Shown: positions 23,585-37,243 of the stretch, in pieces | Position numbering within the stretch: position 1 is the stretch's first letter | How the letters are laid out: the number at the start of each line of letters is the position of its first letter | Assembly: GCF_001194135.2 (NCBI RefSeq) | Contig: NC_068981.1 | Coordinates: 141,030,647 to 141,089,784 of the forward strand | From: Octopus bimaculoides | Lineage: Eukaryota | Direction: 5' to 3' | DNA: 59,138 nt | Position numbers and translations under genes: made by a program | The notes under the pieces: generated by a model | Database searches by the model: none | Told to the model about the DNA's origin: nothing | The model's input: only the letters and a program-made list of their open reading frames with translations

Positions 23585-25431
23585 CAATAGAGAGTGAGTG
23601 AGAGAGAGAGAGGTTGAGAGAGAGAGAGGTTGAGAGAGAGAGAGAGGTTGAGAGAGAGAGAGAGGTTGAGAGAGAGGTATATAGATATCTTATATTTTTT
23701 GGGGGCACATAACGTTCAATATACTTCGAACCTCTTTTTAGATTTTGTTATTTTTTTTCGCTGACAGATGGAGGAAAAATGCTCTTAGCTTGAATGCTCC
23801 AGATATTCAGTCATGTTGAAGTAAGAATATACATTGAAAGTTCCAGATGAAATAAAAAAAAAAGAAAAAGAGAAGCAAGTAAAACAATGTTGAATGTTGT
23901 CAAAGCTGTGTACGTGAAGCTATGGCATGGCTGAAATGTTTTTTTCCAGCAATTGCTTGCGTTCAGTCTTTAGTTTATAGTTGTTAGCTATGGTTATTTA
24001 AGCAAAGTTAATGTATCTTAAAGCTATAAAGGCGTACACTCTAATCTACCCAACCATATGTATTTATCAAACATCTTGACAGTGACTCAGAAAAAAAAAA
24101 TCTGACTGGAGCGACCTACTGAATTGACAAGCCTCTTAATTAAGGAATATTTGAAACATAAGTAAGAATGTGAGAAATAACAGGAATTTCCTTTTAAACC
24201 ACGAACAAATGTTTTTTTGTTGAGAGGAATTTTCAGACCATTATAATAGAACTTACATAGTTGGGGAACTTCCAAGGAAGAATCAATAAGCGGCGTTTAA
24301 TTGTAAAATGCGTGTATACAATGCAAAACAGAATTTTTTTCTTATTACTAAACACAAAAAAGTAATAAACATAAAATTTTGCGCATCCTTGAATTTTTGC
24401 GTCATCTGAAGAAGTATGTAAATAGACACTGAACTTTTTCTTGGCTGTTGAAATATATGGAATGCAAAACACATTGCAACAAAAAAGCACTACAGTTTGT
24501 TTAAGTTACGGTATTTGGTGAGAAGATTTTCTGAGATGTCTATTACTGGTATGTCTAGCTGGAATGTTGACAAATGTTACAAATGTTTCAAACGAAAATA
24601 AGTCGCTCATCAACACTTAATTTTCTTACGTTGTTTTTCCATGTTGAAGTTGTGTGAGAGATTGTTTGACTGTCATGTTCTGCAAAAGCCTCGGTAAATT
24701 TATTTATTTATCATTTTCTAACATGTACAGGAAGTGTAAAGTACATGTAATCGATTAAGGATATTTATGTAACGTGGTATATCGATACCCGGAGGGATAA
24801 AAATTGAATTTGACGCCAGTACTAATTGAAATCCCAAGACTTTGGCACCGAATGAATTACGTTTTAAGAAAATGTCTGGTTTTCATATGTTGAGGGTATA
24901 TACATCATTCAAAATATATAATCAGGCACACACACACATACACACACACAAACAGACACGCACGCGCGCGCATACACACATACACAGAGAGGCAAACTCA
25001 CAGCTTCACAGAACAAGCTGACACGCACAGGCTAAAAAACACGCACACATACACAGAAGTGAGTACGCACGCACGTACGCACGCACATTCACACACATAC
25101 ATAAAAGTAATGTTCATATTTCGAAAGAAGAAGTATTGGATTACAAAATTCATTCCGATGTAATTTGAAAGTTTTCAGTAATTACTTTGTGCCTTAGCTT
25201 GTTACTCTGTATATGGGTGTAGATGAGGAAGAGAGAGAGAGAGAATGAGAGAGAAACAGACAAAGTGTGTGTATGTGTATCGCATGGAGCGAAGTGTTCA
25301 ACCACAGTGATATGTTTCAATCCACTTTGTGATTCAGCTTTCCGATGCTCATTAAATGATTACCGCTTCACAGCAATAAGTATGGAAGTTGATGTTATCA
25401 ACTTAAAACAATTTCAGAAAAATCATAATAA

Positions 25432-25874
<443 letters not shown>

Positions 25875-27254
25875 GTTCACAAGTATGTAGGAAATAGCTA
25901 TCATTGTATAATTATATATAAGTGTATTTTTAAAGCAGAGAGATGGATGACACGGTGCTAGAAGGAATTTACGACGTAAATTCAAGTAACTCTAACCTGG
26001 AAGAAATTCAGATTTTCTCCTAAAAGGCCTTGTGCATAAATCAGCGTCAAAAATGTTAATAAAATGTGTCCAGATACTTTGGGAGAGTAAAGAATACAAA
26101 CTGGCCAACTTTGTTCCCCCATATTTTGATCACACACATTATTAATGAACAATGCAACTGTGCAGATTTAATTCACGAGGCTTATCAAAAATCAATCTTA
26201 GTGTGATTATACATAGTCGAGGAAATACGTGAGACGAGCAGTTGAGCAGCAAACTTGTTGGATTACTCCACGTTATGGAGTCAAATTCTACCGGCGAGGA
26301 TTGATTTTTTTTATCCCTTTAACGGTTCGCAATTGAATTACGACGAAATGGCGTCGACCTTAATACATCTAATACATCATTTTCACTTCAGTACATTGAT
26401 TTCCTGTACAAAGTAGGTTGAAACGAAAGAAAATTTGCTTGGGGACTTGTGGCTCGTTAATTAGCAAGCTTTTTTGAAAACGCATTCCATTTTATGTAGA
26501 GTGCTTTGATTTATAGCAGTTGAAATTTTACATATTAATCTTATCTATAAGGGGCTTACAAAAAATGTCAATGACATTGCTGCACATTAACTGATTTNNN
26601 NNNNNNNNNNNNNNNNNNNNNNNNNNNNNNNNNNNNNNNNNNNNNNNNNNNNNNNNNNNNNNNNNNNNNNNNNNNNNNNNNNNNNNNNNNNNNNNNNNNN
26701 NNNNNNNNNNNNNNNNNNNNNNNNNNNNNNNNNNNNNNNNNNNNNNNNNNNNNNNNNNNNNNNNNNNNNNNNNNNNNNNNNNNNNNNNNNNNNNNNNNNN
26801 NNNNNNNNNNNNNNNNNNNNNNNNNNNNNNNNNNNNNNNNNNNNNNNNNNNNNNNNNNNNNNNNNNNNNNNNNNNNNNNNNNNNNNNNNNNNNNNNNNNN
26901 NNNNNNNNNNNNNNNNNNNNNNNNNNNNNNNNNNNNNNNNNNNNNNNNNNNNNNNNNNNNNNNNNNNNNNNNNNNNNNNNNNNNNNNNNNNNNNNNNNNN
27001 NNNNNNNNNNNNNNNNNNNNNNNNNNNNNNNNNNNNNNNNNNNNNNNNNNNNNNNNNNNNNNNNNNNNNNNNNNNNNNNNNNNNNNNNNNNNNNNNNNNN
27101 NNNNNNNNNNNNNNNNNNNNNNNNNNNNNNNNNNNNNNNNNNNNNNNNNNNNNNNNNNNNNNNNNNNNNNNNNNNNNNNNNNNNNNNNNNNNNNNNNNNN
27201 NNNNNNNNNNNNNNNNNNNNNNNNNNNNNNNNNNNNNNNNNNNNNNNNNNNNNN

Positions 27255-27918
27255 ATAGAATCAAAGAAATTTTGCGTTAAACTTAGGAAGTCCGCTACAG
27301 AAACATTGAGACTGCTTCTTCAAGCTTAGGCAACGAGGCATTGGGTGGTGCGCAATGTTTCGAGTGATATGTGAGCATCTAAAGTAGAAGGACGTTCCTG
27401 GAAGACAACGAGCGATCTAAAATACCTGCCACAAGCGTCACGCCCAGAAATATGGCATTGTGCCTCGAGAATTCGTCCCCTAGGGCAGACCGTCAATTAT
27501 ACTGTGACGTTTTGAAGCGTTTGAGGGGGTACATTCGGCGAGAATAACCGGATCTGTAGAGCGCAAAGGATTGGATCTTTCACGACAATACACCCTTTTA
27601 CCTAGTGTATCTCGTGAATTTCTGGCCAAGCCTGGTATCGCTTGTGCACCTGCCATATTCGCGATCTTCCATCTCTTCCCCAAGATGAAAATGCAGCTCA
27701 AAGGTCACCGTTAACACCTTTGTCGAGATCCAGATTAAATCACAGAAGGTTCTCAACTCGTTTTCTAGGCCAGATTCCAAAAGTGGCAGGGATATTGGGA
27801 CCGGTGCATTGCTGCGCAAGATGAATATTAGGAAGGAGACGATGCTAAAACTTACGTAAAATAGTTATTTTTTTTATTAAAGATAACTAGACCTGAAACT
27901 TTTTAATACCACCTCGTA
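27255..27918 (+). mobile_element. Internally deleted mariner (Tc1/mariner) transposon with 3' TIR
   Basis: N-terminal HTH (KLGKSATETLRLL..QCFE*..RTFLEDNERS) is joined at about 27451 to the catalytic part (GIVPREFVP*GQTVN..YCDVLKRLR..DWIFHDN..HLFPKMKMQLKGHR..FQKWQGYWDRCIAAQDEY*EGD); it ends GAAACTTTTTAATACCACCTCG|TA. Confidence 0.92.
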
Positions 27919-30607
27919 TATATGTATGTATTAAATGCATGGGAACTAGTGAGTGTGCGTGCGTGAGAGTGTATGCTTGTGTGTGGGTGTGTGTTACATC
28001 TGCGCTCGCTTATTGAAATAAACCCACGAAGATTGCTTAGTTTTCTTGCAGGCATTTCTTCTGTCAAAGGATTGTCTACTTACATCGCATATTCAAAGTA
28101 GATTATAATGAAAGGACTCTAACTTTAAGATCGCTTAGTTAAGCGTTATGAGGTTGTAGAGCTATTAGTTTTTCATCGTTCACATAATTGTCTGATTCTT
28201 CCTACAATACAAAACGATTATTAGACAAACNNNNNNNNNNNNNNNNNNNNNNNNNNNNNNNNNNNNNNNNNNNNNNNNNNNNNNNNNNNNNNNNNNNNNN
28301 NNNNNNNNNNNNNNNNNNNNNNNNNNNNNNNNNNNNNNNNNNNNNNNNNNNNNNNNNNNNNNNNNNNNNNNNNNNNNNNNNNNNNNNNNNNNNNNNNNNN
28401 NNNNNNNNNNNNNNNNNNNNNNNNNNNNNNNNNNNNNNNNNNNNNNNNNNNNNNNNNNNNNNNNNNNNNNNNNNNNNNNNNNNNNNNNNNNNNNNNNNNN
28501 NNNNNNNNNNNNNNNNNNNNNNNNNNNNNNNNNNNNNNNNNNNNNNNNNNNNNNNNNNNNNNNNNNNNNNNNNNNNNNNNNNNNNNNNNNNNNNNNNNNN
28601 NNNNNNNNNNNNNNNNNNNNNNNNNNNNNNNNNNNNNNNNNNNNNNNNNNNNNNNNNNNNNNNNNNNNNNNNNNNNNNNNNNNNNNNNNNNNNNNNNNNN
28701 NNNNNNNNNNNNNNNNNNNNNNNNNNNNNNNNNNNNNNNNNNNNNNNNNNNNNNNNNNNNNNNNNNNNNNNNNNNNNNNNNNNNNNNNNNNNNNNNNNNN
28801 NNNNNNNNNNNNNNNNNNNNNNNNNNNNNNNNNNNNNNNNNNNNNNNNNNNNNNNNNNNNNNNNNNNNNNNNNNNNNNNNNNNNNNNNNNNNNNNNNNNN
28901 NNNNNNNNNNNNNNNNNNNNNNNNNNNNNNNNNNNNNNNNNNNNNNNNNNNNNNNNNNNNNNNNNNNNNNNNNNNNNNNNNNNNNNNNNNNNNNNNNNNN
29001 NNNNNNNNNNNNNNNNNNNNNNNNNNNNNNNNNNNNNNNNNNNNNNNNNNNNNNNNNNNNNNNNNNNNNNNNNNNNNNNNNNNNNNNNNNNNNNNNNNNN
29101 NNNNNNNAGTTTACCCAGTAATGAATGATTGAGTCTGCGGTAAATATTTCATTACATATTTATCGAACTGTTAAGTTATATTTTGATGTAAATATTTTTT
29201 TACTATACTCAGAAAAAAAAATACGCTTGCTTAGGGAAATTGTGAGGCACACCTGCTGATTGTAATGAATCGCACCCTAGAAGAGCTGAGACTGTAATAT
29301 TACATCGACTGTAATATTTTCGGGAAATTTGTGATTTGTAATATCGTAAACCTGTAATGTTTGTAGGGGGGGGGGGATAAATCATTAATTTGAAACCAAT
29401 ACAATATGTAGATTTTACGCAGACGTTTATTTCAATTAATCTTGTACAGACTTCTGCATTCCTTCCATTTTTTGCATGTAAATGTAAGCTACATCAAATC
29501 TTCCGAGATTTTACAGCTATATTCCTCATATAACGCTGAAAGAATATATAAAATTAATTATTATATTAATATGGACTATTATATTTTTTCTGGAAACGTA
29601 TATCACACTTTCAATTACACCTTTTGCATCTGTAGCATGTAATAAACCTACATCCATACGTCGTGTTCTTTGCTATGAACATATTTTAATGAATTCCCAT
29701 CTACCTTTAAATAATTCTTTTACAAATTTCTCTCTCCAAAAAAAAAAAAAAAAGATCCACAATCATTGCTTGCATATCCAACAGTTGCGTCCCGATATTT
29801 ACAAACACGAATGCATAACCACACACACACACACACNNNNNNNNNNNACACGCACACACACTGACACACTCACACACACACACACTCATACACATACACA
29901 CATATATGCACACACGTGCATATACATGAATGCATATATCTATATCCCCTGAGTAGATGAAGGATATTACATCACTTTTTCTCTCTCTGTCTGTATCTCT
30001 ATCTATCTCTTTCTCTTTATATATGTATGTGTGTGTCGGTTCTTATATGTGTGTGTGTGTATGTGTGTGTGTGTGTGTGTATACATTAAAGTTAATATCG
30101 ATTGTAGAATGAACACGGACATTGAGAAATAGGGATACAATAAATTAAACGGGGTGGAAATGAAGAGTTATGCAGGAAAGAAATTAGCAAATAGTAAATC
30201 TCAACTTATTGATTCTCAATATTACCAAGGACAACGTCTTACGAAAACAGTCTAATCGATCAACCTGATTGATTAATCGCCAGTAATGATAAATTTAAGA
30301 ATGGCGGCGAGAAATAGAGCTGCGAAAATTCGTTTGAACCTTAAAATATTATGGTTTTATACACTCTCTGAGCTTATGAAGTTCTTAATTCGAAGAGATG
30401 ATCCATAAATTTTGCCCATAAATTTGATATTGAGAGCTTTACTGTAGAAACATTTTAAATATTCTGAAAGGTTACAGCTAACATCGTGTCTTTCATGTTT
30501 CCTGAGTCTTCTCTCTTCATCCAACACACGCTGTTATAATCAAAATCACATAAGCAAAATTATTATATTTTGCTGCACACATACATGTATGCATGCAACC
30601 AAATACG

Positions 30608-30641
<34 letters not shown>

Positions 30642-32210
30642 CACACACACACACACATATATATACATATATATATATANNNNNNNNNNNNNNNNNNNNN
30701 NNNNNNNNNNNNNNNNNNNNNNNNNNNNNNNNNNNNNNNNNNNNNNNNNNNNNNNNNNNNNNNNNNNNNNNNNNNNNNNNNNNNNNNNNNNNNNNNNNNN
30801 NNNNNNNNNNNNNNNNNNNNNNNNNNNNNNNNNNNNNNNNNNNNNNNNNNNNNNNNNNNNNNNNNNNNNNNNNNNNNNNNNNNNNNNNNNNNNNNNNNNN
30901 NNNNNNNNNNNNNNNNNNNNNNNNNNNNNNNNNNNNNNNNNNNNNNNNNNNNNNNNNNNNNNNNNNNNNNNNNNNNTATATATATATATATCCACACGCA
31001 TATATATTCATGCATATGTGTATGTGTGTTTGTGCGTTTGTGAATACATATACAGAAATTCACAGGCTTCAACAGGCACATCCATATATATAGACATACA
31101 CAGACATACCACACATATATAACACATACGCACAACTTCAGGTGCACATATACACACACCATCGCACGCGTACATATTCGCACACACACATACACACAAA
31201 TACACACGCACACACCACGTATATATATATGAATATATTTTAAAATCCACATGTGAATTGGTCAGAGAATATGAGCTGAAAATGAATTAATTACATAGTA
31301 GGAAGTTTATTTTATCCATTGAAGACAGCATAAACTATTATATTTAATAAATTATCTCTATTTCCGTGGTCAAAATGTTGAAATCAGGTCGTATGGTGAA
31401 TTTGGACAAGAGTGAGCTGACTCATGTGTGTGACGATATTAATTCAAATTCAGTTGATGATATGTTCCTGTGTTTCTGCGGTTTCCTTATAAATATAACA
31501 TAAAGTACGTGCCAGTTTGTGCAGGCTCACAAAAACGCACACACACACACACTCACACACACATAAATACACACACACACACACACAAACACAAACACAT
31601 ACTAACACAAACACACGAAGAGAGAGAAAATGAGAGATTCCTCGACACGTATATGTGTATATATATATATAAATACATATATATANNNNNNNNNNNNNNN
31701 NNNNNNNNNNNNNNNNNNNNNNNNNNNNNNNNNNNNNNNNNNNNNNNNNNNNNNNNNNNNNNNNNNNNNNNNNNNNNNNNNNNNNNNNNNNNNNNNNNNN
31801 NNNNNNNNNNNNNNNNNNNNNNNNNNNNNNNNNNNNNNNNNNNNNNNNNNNNNNNNNNNNNNNNNNNNNNNNNNNNNNNNNNNNNNNNNNNNNNNNNNNN
31901 NNNNNNNNNNNNNNNNNNNNNNNNNNNNNNNNNNNNNNNNNNNNNNNNNNNNNNNNNNNNNNNNNNNNNNNNNNNNNNNNNNNNNNNNNNNNNNNNNNNN
32001 NNNNNNNNNNNNNNNNNNNNNNNNNNNNNNNNNNNNNNNNNNNNNNNNNNNNNNNNNNNNNNNNNNNNNNNNNNNNNNNNNNNNNNNNNNNNNNNNNNNN
32101 NNNNNNNNNNNNNNNNNNNNNNNNNNNNNNNNNNNNNNNNNNNNNNATATATATATATATAATGCATAAATGTATATAATGTAGTGTAGTGTTTGTATGT
32201 GTGCATGCGT

Positions 32211-32249
<39 letters not shown>

Positions 32250-32401
32250 TATGAGTGTGTGTGTAGTGATTATATTTGTGTTTAAATGTATGGTTATAAA
32301 TAAATACATACCTATAATTATTTATATAAATAAATACATATTTTTATGTAATGGAATGATTGGGATGGCAATTTTGATTATCACGACACCTATAAGGACT
32401 A

Positions 32402-32633
32402 TATGATGGTGACGACGTTGGTTATGATAACAACAATATTGACAAGAGCGACGACGATGACGATGACGATGATAACGAAATGAATGGGACGGTGGATCAT
32501 TTGAATGATGATGAGAACACTGACAAAACATGATGATGAAGGAGAGGGTGAAGACGGCGATGGCAATGATGATGTGGAGGAGGAGGGGAAGATGGAGTAG
32601 AAGAAGGATAAAAAGAAGAGAAACAAGAAGGTG

Positions 32634-32666
<33 letters not shown>

Positions 32667-32782
32667 AAAAAGAAGAAGAAGAAGAAGAAGAAGAAGAAGA
32701 AGAAGAAGGAAAACAAGAAGAAGAAGAAGAAGAAGAAGAAAGAAAAAAAGAAGAAGAAGGAAAAGAAGAAGAAGAAGAAGAA
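32402..32782. repeat. (GAT/GAC)n grading into (GAA)n triplet tract
   Basis: Directly visible; runs into an N-gap. Confidence 0.93.
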
Positions 32783-34329
32783 NNNNNNNNNNNNNNNNNN
32801 NNNNNNNNNNNNNNNNNNNNNNNNNNNNNNNNNNNNNNNNNNNNNNNNNNNNNNNNNNNNNNNNNNNNNNNNNNNNNNNNNNNNNNNNNNNNNNNNNNNN
32901 NNNNNNNNNNNNNNNNNNNNNNNNNNNNNNNNNNNNNNNNNNNNNNNNNNNNNNNNNNNNNNNNNNNNNNNNNNNNNNNNNNNNNNNNNNNNNNNNNNNN
33001 NNNNNNNNNNNNNNNNNNNNNNNNNNNNNNNNNNNNNNNNNNNNNNNNNNNNNNNNNNNNNNNNNNNNNNNNNNNNNNNNNNNNNNNNNNNNNNNNNNNN
33101 NNNNNNNNNNNNNNNNNNNNNNNNNNNNNNNNNNNNNNNNNNNNNNNNNNNNNNNNNNNNNNNNNNNNNNNNNNNNNNNNNNNNNNNNNNNNNNNNNNNN
33201 NNNNNNNNNNNNNNNNNNNNNNNNNNNNNNNNNNNNNNNNNNNNNNNNNNNNNNNNNNNNNNNNNNNNNNNNNNNNNNNNNNNNNNNNNNNNNNNNNNNN
33301 NNNNNNNNNNNNNNNNNNNNNNNNNNNNNNNNNNNNNNNNNNNNNNNNNNNNNNNNNNNNNNNNNNNNNNNNNNNNNNNNNNNNNNNNNNNNNNNNNNNN
33401 NNNNNNNNNNNNNNNNNNNNNNNNNNNNNNNNNNNNNNNNNNNNNNNATATATATATATTTATATATATATATATATATATACATAAACATACGTAAATA
33501 ATATATGCAGAGCTTAATATATCTGTGTATATGGTATGTATACATAGACAGATATTTTAAAATTCTGTCTCGAAAATATTATGATTATAAAGGCTTGTGA
33601 ATTGATGACCGCGTTATTCAACCCCATAACAATGAATAAATTAGATATAATCAACTTTTAAGATATTCTAGAATATGCATATATATTTTGATGATTTAAA
33701 AAAAAAATGTATCCAATAGATTCCAGTGTGTAAAATACGTATGTCGTATGACTCTCCCATCTGCATTAAATTCTTTTACAGCATATTACCCGGAGACAAT
33801 ACTCTATGGTAGTGAAGTAATTTTCCACACAAGTTTTGAATTAAAAAGGAATATTTGGAAGTATACTGATGGCGTTCATGTATTCAAAATATTCACTTTG
33901 AGACAAACTATTCTATTAGCGGGAACATAATGTCTTTTCTAAAGCATTAAATCAATGTAATATATTTCTTCCCCCTACAGATACCTTTGCCTCAATGAGA
34001 TTCGTTTGATTATTGATTGCATTGGTATTTGAAAAAAAAACAAAATATTGAAACGCACACACATATACGTAACGTACAGAAACACACAAACCCACGAGTG
34101 AATCTCCTTTGGTTTCCTTAAAGCGCATTCGGTCTCATCAGCTGAGTGATAAGCGTATAGAATTAGAGTTTCAATGCACGTGTACGCTTAAACAGATCTT
34201 CAGACAATATCAGCGTTATAGTTAGATCGAGAAATATGTACATTTGAATTTCAAACAAAGTCCATCTTATTTGATTGTATACTGTTATTGTATTCAGTGT
34301 TTGACCTTCTAACGTGCGGGTCAGTTCGA

Positions 34330-35950
34330 AGGTGTAGGAAACCGTATTGCACAAGATCAACTAAATGCGATGAAACTAGAAATATGGTGCATTTCAGGCG
34401 TACTAATGTCCCATTGGTACCTCTACATCGAAGTGCATGCATACATACATACATACATACACACACACATACATACATACATACATACATACACACATAC
34501 ATACACACATATACACACATACATACATACATACATACATACACAAACACACACATTCATACATACATACACACACATACATACACACATACATACATAC
34601 ATACATACATACATACATACATACATACATACATACACACATACATACATACATGCATACATACATACATACATACATACACAATGTGTCTGCATACATT
34701 TGGACTGCTTGATTGGACGCTTGATGAGATCCGAGCCATTGATGTGAAAACCTGAAAAATACTACGCACACTTAATTTCCATATAAACAGTGACGTAGAA
34801 CGCCTCTACTAAAACCGAAAACAAAGCGGCAGAGGCTTAACATCGATCCAAAATGCCTTTGAACGTCGCATCATATCCCTTCGGTAACATCTTTTCACCA
34901 GCAAGTGTCGAAGTGCATCCCTTGCCCAAGTTTGTATACATGAGCAACACTCTGTGTCTGATAACCTAAAATACATGCCCAAAGAAGTCGCACAGCTTCA
35001 CCGCAAACAATCATCAGATTAAATGATGAGCCTATATAAGCAGAAGACTATGCATGGATATGTTAGTAGAAAGCTCTGTGAATATATTAACATCCCATCA
35101 TCAAAGCAGTTTATCATGAAACAATAGCCGGATTACTACCTCCGACTTTGAGTGGTATGATGCAGGAAATGCAGTAAAATGTGACAATCAATGCACACTT
35201 TGTGGAGTTCACACCGAAAATATCACCCACATCATAATCAGTTGTCCGAAAATGTCATCATAGTATTATCTACCGATGAGACTTGTTGTTGTGGCTAGGA
35301 CACTCTATATGGTAGAAGCCATAGCCACTCATAATAAAAAAAAAAGGAATACTGGTGGAATGTACTAGTGAAGATCTCAGTAGAATGTAAGCACAACAGA
35401 CCAGTTATGATGATTTGAAATAAGAGGAGAAAAACTGTGCAGTTGTGGAAATTTGCTGCCCAGCAGATGTTAACATACAGCTGAAGATCAGAGAAACAGA
35501 GAACACTAATGCTGAACTATTGAAAAAATCTGCAGTTATTCTATCCAGAATACAAGTTCAGTGTTATACCTGTAATTATTGGGACCCTAGGATATGTAAC
35601 ACTGCACAAATACCTTTCTTCAGATATTAGGCTTCTCAAAACCAGAAAGAAGAAAGCTCATTCGAAGACTACAGATCCAATCCATCACTGGATTATCATT
35701 TACGTTTAACATTTAAATATATATGAGCATGTCTACATATGCAATTATAGTCATGAGAATACATACATAGAACATACAAATCTGCAAATACATACATACA
35801 AAAATACCCTGCTGTTGATGTTGAAGTTCCAATGAAGGAGCCTCGGATCTAGATTAGAAACCAATTCTTTCTCTATTGACAAGAAATCTTGAAATAAACT
35901 GAAGAGTATCATACATACTTACAAACAGACATACATTCACACATACATAC
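34330..35950 (+). mobile_element. R4/Dong-like non-LTR retrotransposon, 5'-truncated: RT thumb, CCHC zinc knuckle, restriction-like endonuclease, probable 3' UTR ending in ACAT repeats
   Basis: FGLLDWTLDEIRAIDVKT*KIL..NFHINSDVERLY*NRKQSGRGLTSI; CTLCGVHTENITHII.SCPKMSS*YYLPMR; EYWWNV..CKHNRP..CAVVEICCPADVNIQLKIRE..FSVIPVIIGTLG. Assignment of the 3' UTR is inferred. Confidence 0.85.
34436..34681. repeat. (ATAC)n/(AC)n microsatellite nested inside the R4-like ORF
   Basis: Directly visible. Confidence 0.97.
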
Positions 35951-36698
35951 ATTAACTGTAATTTTAATATTCAGATGCGCAATCATCAGAAACCGGGTTG
36001 ATTGTTACTGGGTTTCATTTGTGGAAAGTTTGATGTACTATAGCCTAAATTGAAACTAAAGTTGTAGAGAAACAGGAAAGATATCTGACGGGTAAATATA
36101 GATGCAGTAAAAGAATGATCTCGACACACGCTGTGTCACGTTGATTCCGCTCGAGAAGTATATTAAGAATACTTGTCTCGGTGGAATGATCGGGCAATTA
36201 CAAAGTGATTCAAAGATCATTTAGTTCAACTGACCAAACAAATCAAATTCCCATCATCCACGTTACACACTCACACAGAGACACACATACATATACACAT
36301 ACGCAAAGACACACACTCACACGCACATACACAAATATATATAAACACACACACACACACTTTAATTTCCGGTAATTCTTTTGAAGAACTGTAAAATAAA
36401 GAAAAAGCATCTGAAGATTTACTGTTGGAGTAACTCATTACGAAATGTAGACTCAAAATAATAAAATTCTTTTTCATCGAGATTTTAAATTTCATCAGAC
36501 ACCACATTTGACCAGACTGGTTGCAAAATTCATGAAACAAAACTTGAAACCCAAAATTGATTAACTCAGTGAAATTTAGTCTTGTGTCTAGAGGTTTAAA
36601 AGATGTAATGGTATTTATTTGATTTCCACGAGGTACATGTTATACAATATGGGCGAACTTCATTAAAATTTCAATTTCCTAATCCGATTCTCCGGTGA

Positions 36699-36708
<10 letters not shown>

Positions 36709-36770
<62 letters not shown>

Positions 36771-36846
36771 GCTGCTGCTGCTGGAGCTGCTGCCACTTCT
36801 GCTACTACCACTACCACCACCACCACCACCACCAGTGCTGCTACTA

Positions 36847-36888
<42 letters not shown>

Positions 36889-37071
36889 ATACTACTTCTA
36901 CTACTACCACTNNNNNNNNNNNNNNNNNNNNNNNNNNNNNNNNNNNNNNNNNNNNNNNNNNNNNNNNNNNNNNNNNNNNNNNNNNNNNNNNNNNNNNNNN
37001 NNNNNNNNNNNNNNNNNNTACTGCCGCCGAAACCACTACCACCAACACCACCGCCGCCGCCGCCGCCACCG

Positions 37072-37124
<53 letters not shown>
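36709..37124. repeat. Mosaic triplet tract (CTA)n/(CTG)n/(CCA)n/(CCG)n spanning a gap
   Basis: Directly visible. Confidence 0.95.
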
Positions 37125-37125
<1 letters not shown>

Positions 37126-37191
37126 TTATTGACTTATTTATGCTCTTATCGATATGCATATATACACATGTATATATTACATATACTTTTA

Positions 37192-37243
37192 TTCTTTTAC
37201 TTGTTTCAGTCATTTTACTGCGGCAATGCTGGAGCACCACCTT
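37192..37243 (-). mobile_element. SINE family A 3' tail fragment
   Basis: Reverse complement reads GGTGGTGCTCCAGCATTGCCGCAGTAAAATGACTGAAACAAGTAAAAGAA; similar tails at about 15965, 21405 and 23360. Confidence 0.65.

Noticed and set aside
23768-23820. 53-nt segment with a good acceptor and GTAAGA donor
   Set aside because: Stops in all frames and no other support; indistinguishable from a decoy exon without RNA data.
24650-24693. CVRDCLTVMFCKSL, resembling a PAN/apple-domain Cys pattern
   Set aside because: Weak AAG acceptor, only 14 residues and no companion exons found.
26547-26570. Possible 5' TIR of the mariner
   Set aside because: Only 15/24 match to the 3' TIR; the true end probably lies in the gap.
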